A stretch of DNA of 29,310 bases from Methanoregula sp. (GCA_039698055.1 JBDKTL010000018.1:1-29310), one strand, 5' to 3'; shown: positions 17,476-27,579, counted from the stretch's first letter. Numbers and translations are program-made. The notes: generated by a model from the sequence alone, not told the origin.

Positions 17476-19347
17476 TCAGACCTTCTCGTAATCGATAACG
17501 CTTGCAATCGGATTCCTGAAGAGATAGCCGGAGGGGAGACGGTACAGTGCGTCCGTCGCGGGGATGAAACCCCCTTTGGCGGTGTTGGGATAGATCGTGG
17601 GTGAAATGCCGTCCATGTAGACTTTGGAGAACAGGTCCCGGTCCGCATAATTTGACCAGGGGATCTGGACAAAGGCATAATAGATGTTTTCCAGGACGAG
17701 GCGGTTTGATTCGGACGCAATGTGCGTGTGATGGGATATTGCCCGGTTATATTTGTCAACAACACTCTTTTCTCCAGGATAAGCGCTCAGTACACTACCG
17801 TTTGAGTCGAAGGTGAAGAGAACCGGGATATGCGTGAACATCGTTATGGTCACACCGTCCTCGCGGTCTTTGACCGCAGCACCTAAAAGTGCGGCGACAT
17901 TCACGCTCCGGGACAGGGTCTTCTCGTCGAGGGGCTTATCGTAGCAGGCGTTCTCATCAACCCCATGGAAGAACAGGTCACCCGAGTAACAGGCCGAATC
18001 AAATACCCCGGTTTTCTGGTAATTCTCCCAGTCGAGGTTGACATTTGTCCTGTCCCGTGAATAGATTTGAGTGCCGGCCGTGGTATTGAGAATGGAACGG
18101 AAATTGGTTTTTACATCCCGGTATTCATTGTACTTGCCCTTGTACCCGGCAGCGATATACTCTGTCAGGGTTGGGAGGATGCCATGTTGCACCATCTCGT
18201 CCCGCATCTCCCGTAAGGTCGTGAGGGAGACAAAACTCCACTCGAAATCCGCGATCTCCATCGGGCTGTGATAGAACTCGCTCTCCCACGAGGGATGTTT
18301 CCATGGCTGGTAATCCGGCGGGTACTTCTCATCGTTCCTTGTGTAAGGATAGGGGCGCATCGTCCCTGCCGCTCCCCACAGGAGAATCATATCTGCTTCA
18401 AGAGGATAATCCGCAGCCTGCCAGTTGACCCCCTTTTCTTTGAGCAGCCGGTCAGTCTCAACCGTATAGGCGACCTGATCTTTCACGTAGCCCGGAAGGT
18501 ATGCCCGGACGTCCGGATTGCCGATTGTCTCCACGGCCCCGTAATCGATGCCGGCAGCAAGGGCAACCCGGTAGTATCCGGGTGAGACATCTGATGTGTT
18601 CAGGAGATCCAAAAGGACACTGAGCTGGGTGTTGTACGCGGGGACGGGATAAGTAAAACGGGTCTTGTCGGGAACGCCGTACTCATCAATAAGGTAAAGC
18701 CCCTTCCTCAGCTCGTAGTCGCCGGCTGATGTGCTGATGATAGACTTTAATGCCTCCTTTGCCTTTGGGTCAACCGGGCCTTTTGCCGATTCGATTACCT
18801 GCATGTCATCGGTAAGGTAGCCATAATCCCCGGCGGGAAACGAGGCATCTGCTGCCCACCCGGCTTCACTGTCGCCAACCCCGTCCATTGCCCATTTTGT
18901 CACAAGGATGCGCATGGGATCATCTTTTTTCACAACCGCATCCACAAACTTATTTTCCGCACCGGAGATCTTCCGGTCCTCCGCAAAGAGGCCCATGCCG
19001 ACTGCCCACTGTGCAGCGCCCGGGTCTTTTGTATTGAGCGTATCGATAAGATCCCTGTACCGGTCAGCCGTTGCCGGGTCCATATTCCCGCTCCTGATCT
19101 CCGGCAGTTCTGGCAGCCCGGCCCGGTAATCGTACGGGCTTGCCGACAGGGCAGGGACGGTGGGACTGATGGTCGTATTATTGCCAGCTATCTCATTTAC
19201 ACTGGCAGCCTGGACCGATGACTGGTTTTTGGGGATATCCTGACTGGAAGTGCAGCCACCCGTAAAGATCAGCGCGATAACAATGAGAAAAAAGAGACAG
19301 AAAAGGCTCGCATTCCTTCCTGTGCATTGTCTGTACCCTTCGTTCAT
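17476..19347 (-). CDS. Large predicted lipoprotein of unknown function (~623 aa), possibly with a divergent transglutaminase-like core
   Basis: ATG at 19347, hydrophobic signal ending in lipobox IFTGGC, Ser/Thr linker, then a long globular region. Confidence 0.7.
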   Translation of the reverse strand: MNEGYRQCTGRNASLFCLFFLIVIALIFTGGCTSSQDIPKNQSSVQAASVNEIAGNNTTISPTVPALSASPYDYRAGLPELPEIRSGNMDPATADRYRDLIDTLNTKDPGAAQWAVGMGLFAEDRKISGAENKFVDAVVKKDDPMRILVTKWAMDGVGDSEAGWAADASFPAGDYGYLTDDMQVIESAKGPVDPKAKEALKSIISTSAGDYELRKGLYLIDEYGVPDKTRFTYPVPAYNTQLSVLLDLLNTSDVSPGYYRVALAAGIDYGAVETIGNPDVRAYLPGYVKDQVAYTVETDRLLKEKGVNWQAADYPLEADMILLWGAAGTMRPYPYTRNDEKYPPDYQPWKHPSWESEFYHSPMEIADFEWSFVSLTTLREMRDEMVQHGILPTLTEYIAAGYKGKYNEYRDVKTNFRSILNTTAGTQIYSRDRTNVNLDWENYQKTGVFDSACYSGDLFFHGVDENACYDKPLDEKTLSRSVNVAALLGAAVKDREDGVTITMFTHIPVLFTFDSNGSVLSAYPGEKSVVDKYNRAISHHTHIASESNRLVLENIYYAFVQIPWSNYADRDLFSKVYMDGISPTIYPNTAKGGFIPATDALYRLPSGYLFRNPIASVIDYEKV

Positions 19348-19627
19348 CCGGTTCCCCTTTTTATGTTCCCATTTGGTTGTTATATCCGGTTGTATTATAT
19401 ATTCCCTTTTGGATTTGTGCGTATATCCGGGCTCCACATCCGGCTCCGGAATATCTCAAAGCCTCCTGATACCGCTCACTCGCACGAAAATTCCCGGTAA
19501 ACTACCTGTTCCGGAGCCCACTCGTCCCCTGAAGTGAAGATCTGGAACGTCATTTGTAAAAAATCACTTCCCAATCTTAATCAGGGAATACTCCTGTGAT
19601 GTATGTATCCCACACACCAGGTGCATC

Positions 19628-21139
19628 ATGAAAAAAATCCTGACCCTTACGATCCTCCTTATCTGTGTAACCGCGATCCTCGCTGCAGGCTGTACAACCG
19701 CACCGGCACCTGCACCGAAATCACCGGGAGACACTCTTTTTTCCCAGGCAGAAAAAGAGTTCCAGGACAACAACCTGCACGCTGCCGAACATATCTTCAG
19801 ACTTGCGCAGGAGAACTATACCGCAGCCGGTGATACTGCTGCTGCCTTAACCGCCCGGGACAGGGCGATGACGGCACGGATGATGACCTTTGAATTCTCA
19901 AGCAACCGCACTGTCATGGACCAGAAAATTGCCGCCATCATTCCCTCTTCCTCGGCCACAGAGAGAGCCGGCTGGCTGGACGGTAACGGGACGGTAACTC
20001 TCCGAAGCGACGGGGAAGTGTGGTATCACGATGACACCGTATCAAATATTTTCTGGCACAACATGACCCTGATGCGCACGGTAAATGCCGCGATGCACTC
20101 TACCCCGTTCTACGACAAACTTGCCCCATTGGCGTTTGCAACACCGAAGAGCGGGGCTGGTCCCTACAGCGAGCCGGTCACATGGGAAGGGCTTGAAGTA
20201 CTCTCGGTCCCCCGCGAGAACCTCCCGGAAAACGGCACGCTGAAACTCTGGATACCCCTGCCCATCGAGAGCGGTCCCCAGACAAACGTGACCATCCTCT
20301 CGGTGGAACCGGCCCGGTACGTCAAATCCATGACCGGCACCCGTGCAGACCTTGGCCTTGCATACTTCGAGATCCCGCTTGACGAGATTAAGGACCCGTT
20401 CCTCAATGTCACGGCAAAATTCAGTTTCGTCCAGCACGAAGAGCACTACAGCATCGATCCCGCGAAGGTGCAGCCCTACACCACGGGTTTTGTCGAGTAC
20501 CGGAAGTACACGGCGCCCGGGAAAAATACCGCCATCACGCCGGAAATGAAGAAGAAGGCGCAGGAGATTGTGGGAAACGAGACAAACCCGTATCTCCAGG
20601 CACAGAAGATTTACGGGTATATCGTGGATACTCTCCCCTACAGTCATCCCCCCCATCTCCTGCTTGAAATGACCAATACGCCGGAGTCTTCCTATGTCCT
20701 TTCGACCGGTATCGGCGACTGTGGTGCCCAGAGCCAGTACTTTGCCGCCCTCTGCCGCTCGCTGGGTATTCCCGCACGGGTACCTGCCGGCTACCAGATG
20801 ATCGAGGGAACAGGAGGCACCCATGTCTGGGCAGAGTATTACCTTGAAGGGTATGGCTGGATCCCGGTTGACGTTACCGTCGCAGAAGGCGCCGACTGGT
20901 CGTATAATGCCACCGAAAACCAGCGGCACCAGTACAAAGAATATTTCTTTGGCAGCCTCGACCCGTACCGCTACATCATCCAGAAGGATACCGACATCCC
21001 GCTCACTCCCGGCCCCGGCGATGCGGTAGTACTGACCCGCAATGTTATCCAGTTCCCTGATGCGGTCTGCGATACCTGCGCCGATAATCCGGCAATCCTT
21101 TTCGCCGAAAACTGGAAGGTTACGGTAACACAAGGATAA
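19628..21139 (+). CDS. Transglutaminase-like domain lipoprotein
   Basis: Signal with lipobox LAAGC; catalytic triad in GDCGAQSQYFAALCRSLGIPAR, THVWAEYY and GWIPVDVT. Confidence 0.92.
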   Translation: MKKILTLTILLICVTAILAAGCTTAPAPAPKSPGDTLFSQAEKEFQDNNLHAAEHIFRLAQENYTAAGDTAAALTARDRAMTARMMTFEFSSNRTVMDQKIAAIIPSSSATERAGWLDGNGTVTLRSDGEVWYHDDTVSNIFWHNMTLMRTVNAAMHSTPFYDKLAPLAFATPKSGAGPYSEPVTWEGLEVLSVPRENLPENGTLKLWIPLPIESGPQTNVTILSVEPARYVKSMTGTRADLGLAYFEIPLDEIKDPFLNVTAKFSFVQHEEHYSIDPAKVQPYTTGFVEYRKYTAPGKNTAITPEMKKKAQEIVGNETNPYLQAQKIYGYIVDTLPYSHPPHLLLEMTNTPESSYVLSTGIGDCGAQSQYFAALCRSLGIPARVPAGYQMIEGTGGTHVWAEYYLEGYGWIPVDVTVAEGADWSYNATENQRHQYKEYFFGSLDPYRYIIQKDTDIPLTPGPGDAVVLTRNVIQFPDAVCDTCADNPAILFAENWKVTVTQG

Positions 21140-21332
21140 GACAAAAATTTTCTTTTTCACGGGCATGCGGCGGGCCCGGTCTTTTGTGCTCCTTTTTCTC
21201 CGGACTTCACGGTACCGGCCAGCCCCCGGATCAAAAACCATAAAATTTTTTTTTATTTTGACATCTTAAAAAAGACATCTCATAAAGGTTATCCATTAGT
21301 CTTATGCTTCCATGAACGACATACAAAGGAAG

Positions 21333-21887
21333 ATGACGGATAAAAAATACGAATCATTGAAAATTGAGAATATCGTTGCATCCGGTACCATCGCAGAATC
21401 CATCGATCTTGCTGAACTATCAAGTAAGGTCGAGAACTGCGATCTCAATAAGAAACGATTTCCCGGTGCCGTATATCATATTGCGGACCCAAAGATTGCG
21501 TGCCTGATCTTCTCGTCGGGTAAAGTCGTGATCACGGGACTCCGTACCGATGCGGCGCTTGCAAAAGGAATAGCAATTCTCAAAAAGAAATTAAAGGAAG
21601 TGGGAATTGAGCCCCTCAAAGAGCCCCGGATTGCGATCACCAACATGGTCTGCTCGTACAACCTGGGCAGGTACATCAATCTCAACAAGCTGACCGTCAC
21701 GCTCAACGTCGAAAATGTCGAGTACGAACCAGAACAGTTCCCCGGGCTGGTATTCCGTATCGCTGACCCGAAGATTGTTGTCCTGATTTTCTCGTCCGGG
21801 AAGATCATTCTCACGGGGGGTAAAACCCTTGAAGATGTCAGGAAGGGACTTGATGTCCTCGAAAAGAAGCTTGAAAGCGTGGTATAA
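21333..21887 (+). CDS. tbp: TATA-box-binding protein (alternative start 21312)
   Basis: Two TBP repeats: IENIVASG...FPGAVY...LIFSSGKVVITG and ITNMVCS...YEPEQFPGLVFR...LIFSSGKIILTG. Confidence 0.97.
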   Translation: MTDKKYESLKIENIVASGTIAESIDLAELSSKVENCDLNKKRFPGAVYHIADPKIACLIFSSGKVVITGLRTDAALAKGIAILKKKLKEVGIEPLKEPRIAITNMVCSYNLGRYINLNKLTVTLNVENVEYEPEQFPGLVFRIADPKIVVLIFSSGKIILTGGKTLEDVRKGLDVLEKKLESVV

Positions 21888-22221
21888 AAAATATTTTCAC
21901 CCGCAATTTTTTTGCAGAACGCCGACGCTTTGTTCGTGAACACCGGTTCCGGGATCCTGCATTCGTCTCTTTTTTCCTGTCCGCCCCTCCCCCGCAGGCA
22001 ACGGAATATAAAAACGCACGCAAGCCGGCCAGATATAAGATTATGACCGGAAGCAACGTCAAGGGGTAGTACCGGAGAACTCCGGTATCCCTTCGGAAAT
22101 GAGCACGGGCGTGAGACAGCCCCCGCGTCTTTTTTCTCGTATGACCTGTTGCCTGTCTCACCAGGGAGTCGATCCTTATCAGCATCAGGGTGGATAAATG
22201 CGATCGGGCCGGGCAAACGGA

Positions 22222-23112
22222 TTACCGGAAAAGGTCATGGAGATTGAACCGGTACTGCCCGAGTTTCCCGTCAAAATGCGATGCCCCGATGTACATCACG
22301 GCCCCGGTTTCTGTGGCAGCCTCGATGCCGGTTTTCATTGCCTGCCGGATGGATGGCTCATCGATGCCGTTTAAGACAATCTCGTACACCGATGCCACCC
22401 CTTCCGGGACCAGCGAATCGGGGATGCGGTGCTTTAAGGTCGGGCACCAGCGATGACTGGTGCTTGCCGGCATCGGGAAACGGTAATTGGTGCACCCGAC
22501 CTTGGAACCGCTCGCAACAATACCCCCGGGAAAACTGCTGATGACGCCCGGCATCCCGGTTATTTTGTCCCGGGCCGCTTCAGCACCGGCAAGCGCCGAC
22601 TGCTGGTCTTTACCCATGATGAGGAAGTTGCCGCCGGCAATGCCCTTCACGGTCCCAAACCGTTCCTCTCCCACGTACCCGCCTGCCATCACCGGGATCT
22701 TCCAGCACCTCCGGCCGCCGACCATGCACGGCTCTTCATACCGGTCCCCGAAATAGTGCATCCGGGTATAAAACCGGGACGCGGCACCGGGAAAACCGTC
22801 AAAGGCAGATGCGGTCGGTGCCGGGAGAATGCACTGGGAGATCCTCGCGGCAACATTGGACCGCATGTTCTTCTTATCGGCACAGACAAGGATCGCGATC
22901 CCGGCCCGGCCATCCGGGGTCTCTTCCGGCAGGAGGTCGCGTTCGATCCCGGCCTCGCAGGGACAGCCGATTTTCGAAGTCGCAAAACCGGTCGCTTCAA
23001 CTGCTGCCCGATACGCCCAGTCTCTTGTCGCTGCCGTGATGATGACCCGGGACAGCCAGACCGGGAATGCCTCGGCAAACGTGTCAAGTATTCTTGCGCC
23101 GTTGATCTCCAC
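22222..23112 (-). CDS. ftr: Formylmethanofuran:tetrahydromethanopterin formyltransferase-like protein (divergent Ftr paralogue)
   Basis: GTG start after RBS GGAGG; VEINGARILDTFAEAF, ATGFATS-x3-CPCEAGIE, ETPDGR, GIAGGNFLI, FPGGIVASGSKVG, GKLG. Confidence 0.85.
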   Translation of the reverse strand: MEINGARILDTFAEAFPVWLSRVIITAATRDWAYRAAVEATGFATSKIGCPCEAGIERDLLPEETPDGRAGIAILVCADKKNMRSNVAARISQCILPAPTASAFDGFPGAASRFYTRMHYFGDRYEEPCMVGGRRCWKIPVMAGGYVGEERFGTVKGIAGGNFLIMGKDQQSALAGAEAARDKITGMPGVISSFPGGIVASGSKVGCTNYRFPMPASTSHRWCPTLKHRIPDSLVPEGVASVYEIVLNGIDEPSIRQAMKTGIEAATETGAVMYIGASHFDGKLGQYRFNLHDLFR

Positions 23113-23686
23113 TGCGCACCCCTCCGGGTGGATACACACTACCATCCTCGGTGATAATACAGTCCATCCGGATATCGTTTTCATCCACGGGCAGGTTCTT
23201 GAATTCCTGGCAGGCAAATGCAATCCCGATCGTGTGCAGTTTCCGGTTTTGCGAGAGGAACCGGTCATAGTAGCCGGCACCGTACCCGATTCTTCCTCCC
23301 GTCCGGTCAAACCCGAGCATCGGGAGGATGATCGTGTCAAGATCCTCAGGGAGCGCCGGGATTTCGCTGCCGATGGGTTCAGGAACGCCAAACGTGCTGG
23401 GGACAAGTGCGGAGAAATCCCGCAGGTACGACAGGCGCAGGCTTACGTCTTCCTGCACGATAATCGGGACAACGACCGGATTTCCCTGCTCAAAGAGTGC
23501 CATGATTAATGGCCGGGTATTGACCTCTTTTTCCTTGGACGTAAAGACCATGACGGTCTCGCCTTTCCTGATACGTCCCATAAGGTGACGACAGATACTC
23601 TGGCTTTTACTGAGCCGGTCTTCTGGTATCATCGCGTCCTTGCGCCGGCGCAGGATATCCCGCACGCGGGATTTTTCTTCACTCAT
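23084..23686 (-). CDS. 5-formyltetrahydrofolate cyclo-ligase
   Basis: EKSRVR...EVNT, FGVPEP, PMLGFDRTGGRIGYGAGYYDRFL, IGIAFACQ, DIRMDCIITE. Confidence 0.95.
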   Translation of the reverse strand: MSEEKSRVRDILRRRKDAMIPEDRLSKSQSICRHLMGRIRKGETVMVFTSKEKEVNTRPLIMALFEQGNPVVVPIIVQEDVSLRLSYLRDFSALVPSTFGVPEPIGSEIPALPEDLDTIILPMLGFDRTGGRIGYGAGYYDRFLSQNRKLHTIGIAFACQEFKNLPVDENDIRMDCIITEDGSVYPPGGVRSGDQRRKNT

Positions 23687-23843
23687 GGGCAGTAGTATAG
23701 CGCAAGTGTATTTATCGTTTTATCTTTTTTTTGGTAGTATGGGCAGGTATTTTGGGTCACGGCCATCCGGCAGGGAAATTTGGGGGAGAGAGAAAGATCC
23801 GGGATGATTCTCCTGTAGTCTCGTTTAACAAAAAAAGTCGTTA

Positions 23844-24551
23844 TTATCTCTTTGTGCATACGTAGGTTGCCTGAACACCATTGCTGTATTCTGCGGAACT
23901 GATATCAAATCCGCTTTGTTTGATCAATCCTTCCATAATCCAGTCATAGGTGCTGAACTCATTCCTGACATGAATAATGCCTTCCTGTGCCAGCCGGTCA
24001 TTAACCATTGTCCCGACAGAATTGATCCACGCATCGATTACCCCGTCTATGGAATCCGTCCCCGAGGGAAACACGATATCGAATACCATGAATCGGCCTC
24101 CGGGTTTGAGCATGCCACAAACTCTGGTGAGTGCAACCTGTTTCCAGAAGTCCGGAAGATGGTGGAGCACGGCAACGCAGACAGCGGCATCTGCCGGTTC
24201 GCCAGTGTGCTCGTACGTGAGCAGGCCGCTGTGGCAATACACGATGTTGCTGATGCCTTTGTGTTCTGCCTGTTTTTTACAGTAATCAAGCATTGCTTCA
24301 GAAATATCAACGGCGTATATGGTGCGGCATTTGTTTGCAGCGTGAAGGGCAAATGCTCCCGTGCCACACCCGAGATCGATGACCGTGCTTGTAGAATCCA
24401 GGGATAAACGGCGGATGATGGCTTCGCTTGTCCGGGCATAATCGCGAAGCTTCTGGTGCATGGAGTCATATGCAGCCACTTCCTCCACAGAGGAAAAATC
24501 AACGCCGGAGCATTTCATCTCGTCATAGAGCCAGAGAGGTTTTTTTGTCAT
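23844..24551 (-). CDS. Class I SAM-dependent methyltransferase
   Basis: VIDLGCGTG, YAVDISEAML, VLHHLPDFWKQ, LKPGGRF. Confidence 0.92.
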   Translation of the reverse strand: MTKKPLWLYDEMKCSGVDFSSVEEVAAYDSMHQKLRDYARTSEAIIRRLSLDSTSTVIDLGCGTGAFALHAANKCRTIYAVDISEAMLDYCKKQAEHKGISNIVYCHSGLLTYEHTGEPADAAVCVAVLHHLPDFWKQVALTRVCGMLKPGGRFMVFDIVFPSGTDSIDGVIDAWINSVGTMVNDRLAQEGIIHVRNEFSTYDWIMEGLIKQSGFDISSAEYSNGVQATYVCTKR

Positions 24552-24996
24552 ACACAGGTTTCCTTTTTTTTAATTGCGATCCCCGTACCGGCCGATCGTG
24601 CGGCTTTTTTTGGGAATTGCCGGGTTGGCTGATCCAAGGGAGAATGGAAGCGTGCGGGAATTGTGTTTTGTGTTTTTTATTGAGAGGGAGGGCAGCCGCA
24701 TATGAGATATTTGTGTTTTTTTATAATAATTAGTTTCTTTCTGAGAAATACCATAAAGATATCATTATCCAGCGGAGGGATCTCCGATAGAGAAAATGGG
24801 TTGTGGGGGATCAGGGCTCCGGGTACCGGGGTGCAGGCCCGGGGCTTGACCATATTGAAAAAGATCGCCCGCGTGGGTGAGGGCATCTTTGTTTTTGCTG
24901 GATTATTGCACCGGTCGCTGTGAGGAAATTATCGGACACCGGTTTCTCGCGGGGGTTTGTGCGGGTCTCTGGGTTGAGGTGGTTGCGATTGAGCGT

Positions 24997-25027
24997 TGCG
25001 GTGGCGGGCCGGCGGTGCGAGCGGTTG
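24997..25027. repeat. 31-bp GC-rich direct repeat, copy 1 (abuts the KilA-N stop codon)
   Basis: TGCGGTGGCGGGCCGGCGGTGCGAGCGGTTG; 29/31 identical to 25989-26019. Confidence 0.85.
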
Positions 25028-25843
25028 TTACACCCTCCCGATCTTCCTGATTTCTGCATCATCCGTCAATAGTTTCATCTGGTGAATCGCTATGCTGTTC
25101 AGCTTCACGAGCCGTTCCTGCTGGGAAAGAGTCTCGTTGATAAACAGGGCATTTAAGTTTTCCAGATTAGAGAGACACACGAGTTGCGAGATGTCAGCAT
25201 AATCCCGAATATTTCCGGTCTTGTCAGCGTTCGCCTCCTGCCATTCCTTTGCAGTGATACCGAATAATGCCATGTTGAGCACATCCGCTTCGGATGCGTA
25301 AATCGTAGTAATCTGCTGACGGGTAAGTTCAGCCGGTATCAGGTTCTCTTTGATAGCATCCGTATGGATCCGGTAATTGATCTTTGCCAGATTGCGCCGG
25401 ATATCCCAGCCAAGCTGTTTGCGTTCTTCATCTTTGAGCCGCTGGAATTCTTTGATAAGATAGAGTTTGAATTCGACTGAGATCCAGGACGCGAATTCAT
25501 ACGCGATATCTTTGTGAGCGTACGTTCCTCCATACCGTCCCGGTTTTGAGATGAGACCAATGGCAGCAGTCTTCTCGATCCATTGTTTGGGAGTGAGGAT
25601 AAAACTGTTGAGCCCTGAAAGTTTCCTAAACCCATCGAATTCGATGGGATTAAAATCCGGATTGTTGAGACGCTCCCATATTCCTAAGAATTCTATGGTA
25701 TTTCTGTTCCGTAACCAGTTCTGAATAATATAATCAGTCCTGTCCGGATCTTTATATCGTGCAATGTCAGTAATGCAGATATAATCCTCATCATTGAGTG
25801 TATAAATGGAAATTTCGTTATCCAGCACGTGGATCTTTGCCAT
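25028..25843 (-). CDS. KilA-N domain DNA-binding protein
   Basis: ATG at 25843; DYICITDIARYK, IIQNWLRNRNTIEFLG, GRYGGTYAHKDIAYEFASWIS, NYRIHTDAIK. Confidence 0.9.
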   Translation of the reverse strand: MAKIHVLDNEISIYTLNDEDYICITDIARYKDPDRTDYIIQNWLRNRNTIEFLGIWERLNNPDFNPIEFDGFRKLSGLNSFILTPKQWIEKTAAIGLISKPGRYGGTYAHKDIAYEFASWISVEFKLYLIKEFQRLKDEERKQLGWDIRRNLAKINYRIHTDAIKENLIPAELTRQQITTIYASEADVLNMALFGITAKEWQEANADKTGNIRDYADISQLVCLSNLENLNALFINETLSQQERLVKLNSIAIHQMKLLTDDAEIRKIGRV

Positions 25844-25893
25844 TATCGCTCTCCAATATAATCCCCAGTTTTTCTGGTGATAAAGGATCAAGT

Positions 25894-25919
25894 GCGGGGG
25901 GTGAAAGAGAGATTTCACT
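25894..25919 (-). promoter_or_regulatory. Putative operator with dyad GTGAA-N8-TTCAC upstream of the KilA-N TATA box
   Basis: 23/26 identical to 29111-29136; 51 bp from the ATG; TATA-like TTTATCA on the minus strand at 25878-25884. Confidence 0.55.
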
Positions 25920-25988
25920 CACTCAACTACCCCCCACTCCCCATTCCGGGCAGCCCGGTCATCCACCATGTTTCACTCATATCCGGCG

Positions 25989-26019
25989 TGCGGCGGCGGG
26001 CCGGCGATGCGAGCGGTTG
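25989..26019. repeat. 31-bp GC-rich direct repeat, copy 2
   Basis: TGCGGCGGCGGGCCGGCGATGCGAGCGGTTG. Confidence 0.85.
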
Positions 26020-26139
26020 ACCCAGGCGGTGCTGGGGAAGGCGTTCAGATGGGAAGTTGTGAAAATACTTTTCTTTATTGAGATTTTCATAAAAAAACGA
26101 ACCCGGAACACCAAAAATAAAAGATAATTTATCGGTGTG

Positions 26140-26514
26140 TTATCCGGGAGTAAGTATCTGGGTTACCCCTTTTATCATAAGGCTCGTGAGTACTTCCTTT
26201 GCCACATCGAATGTCACTCCCCCTGCTTTATTGAAAATTTCTTTGGCCTTTGTCCAACGGGCCTCATCCCGACAAGCGTCGAGGAAATCGTAACCCGCCC
26301 ATGTCATTTGTGTCGGAATCGCTTCAGGCCCGAAAGAGTCGTACGTTGTAACGTCAGATCCCTCGATCAATCCAGCCTGCATCATAATTATTACATGAAA
26401 CCCTATTTGATCAGAAGTGTATCCCTCAAAACAGAGCCTGCCATTGAAGTCCCCGCTGGGCTCTGCTTCCATTGCCAACAAAATATTTCTTACCAGATCC
26501 ATATCTCGCTTCAA
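26140..26514 (-). CDS. DUF2513 family (wHTH-like) protein
   Basis: TTG start after GGAGG; KRDMDLVRNILLAME, FHVIIMMQAGLI, MTWAGYDFLDACRD-x3-W-x-KAK. Confidence 0.85.
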   Translation of the reverse strand: MKRDMDLVRNILLAMEAEPSGDFNGRLCFEGYTSDQIGFHVIIMMQAGLIEGSDVTTYDSFGPEAIPTQMTWAGYDFLDACRDEARWTKAKEIFNKAGGVTFDVAKEVLTSLMIKGVTQILTPG

Positions 26515-26587
26515 GACCTCGCCTCCTGCCACACTTTAGTATTTACTGTCGACTTTTTCCGCATACCATGTAAGATGTTCTTTCTGT

Positions 26588-27181
26588 TTACCCCAAGCCC
26601 CGTCCCACCCTCTCGTACATCAACGCAACAAAATCCACCGGCTCACCGGTAATGCTGACCTGAGAAATATCGAAAAAAGAATCGACCAGCTCCCGCTCCA
26701 GATCCTCGTTTGCCTGCAATTTCATATCCGGACAAATATGAATTACAGAAATGCCTTTTAATTGGAGAACCGGCGAGATCAAAGCAAACCGGTGACATCG
26801 CTCCGGTTCCTTCTCGGCGCACATCAGCGCGATCTTCTTCCCGCTGGAAATTATCGATAGTACTTCGTTGATGCCTTCCTGGAATTTTTCCGTATTCTGA
26901 ACTTTCCGGTAATTGACAATTCCGTCAGGAAAGAGCAGCCCGGGATCGGTATACCTTCCTCCAATCTTATCGCCCATATACCGGTAACCGATGTCACTCC
27001 GGTTTAAGGATTTTTCAAGATTTTCCCGGTTAAAATGCGGATTGAACCGGCTGTATGGGGAACTCCGGACATCGATGATCGCATCGATGCTGAGATCCTG
27101 TAAAAAAGTGATGAACCGGTCGAACGGGTAATTCCCGTAGCCGATAGTGTAGCATTGTTTTGGTGGCGGTTGATGCATCAT
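26588..27181 (-). CDS. DUF488 family protein
   Basis: YTIGYG, IIDVRSSPYSRFNPHFNRENL, ALMCAEKEPERCHR; ATGA overlap with the ASCH stop. Confidence 0.9.
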   Translation of the reverse strand: MMHQPPPKQCYTIGYGNYPFDRFITFLQDLSIDAIIDVRSSPYSRFNPHFNRENLEKSLNRSDIGYRYMGDKIGGRYTDPGLLFPDGIVNYRKVQNTEKFQEGINEVLSIISSGKKIALMCAEKEPERCHRFALISPVLQLKGISVIHICPDMKLQANEDLERELVDSFFDISQVSITGEPVDFVALMYERVGRGLG

Positions 27182-27579
27182 AGGGGGGCTGCTAAACATT
27201 TTTCCCCATCCATATAGCAATACGACTGCGGCGGCACAAACCCCGGCACTGTTTCATATGGATTGATGGGATCGTTAAATTCCTGCAGGTTCTGGATCTC
27301 AATTGCAAATGCCCGTGACTTTCCCTCAAAGTATGCAAAGAAATCCCGGTTATCGATACCGGCGAATTCCTTCACCGTATCCCAGAGATCAACCGGATGG
27401 TCTTCCAGGATTCCCCCGATCTCAAACGCCCCCACGATTTTTTTCACCGGTGATGATGAATAGATGTAGATCCGGTTAATCTCACGGTTTTTGAAAATGG
27501 TCTTCCGGAACTCGTACCGTTTGTCGCCCTCAATAATGGACTTTACGTATTTCGGTTTAATTGACAGTAAAACGTCCAT
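27178..27579 (-). CDS. Stand-alone ASCH-domain protein
   Basis: LLSIKPKY-x3-I-x2-G-x-K-x2-EFRK, IYSSSPVKKIVG, PPQSYCY. Confidence 0.9.
   Translation of the reverse strand: MDVLLSIKPKYVKSIIEGDKRYEFRKTIFKNREINRIYIYSSSPVKKIVGAFEIGGILEDHPVDLWDTVKEFAGIDNRDFFAYFEGKSRAFAIEIQNLQEFNDPINPYETVPGFVPPQSYCYMDGEKCLAAPL

Noticed and set aside
20042-21241. 399-aa minus-strand ORF
   Set aside because: Antisense shadow of the transglutaminase gene, caused by codon bias.
23113-23406. 98-aa N-terminal extension of the Ftr ORF
   Set aside because: It lies within the cyclo-ligase gene in another frame. Ftr homology and the RBS start at GTG 23112.
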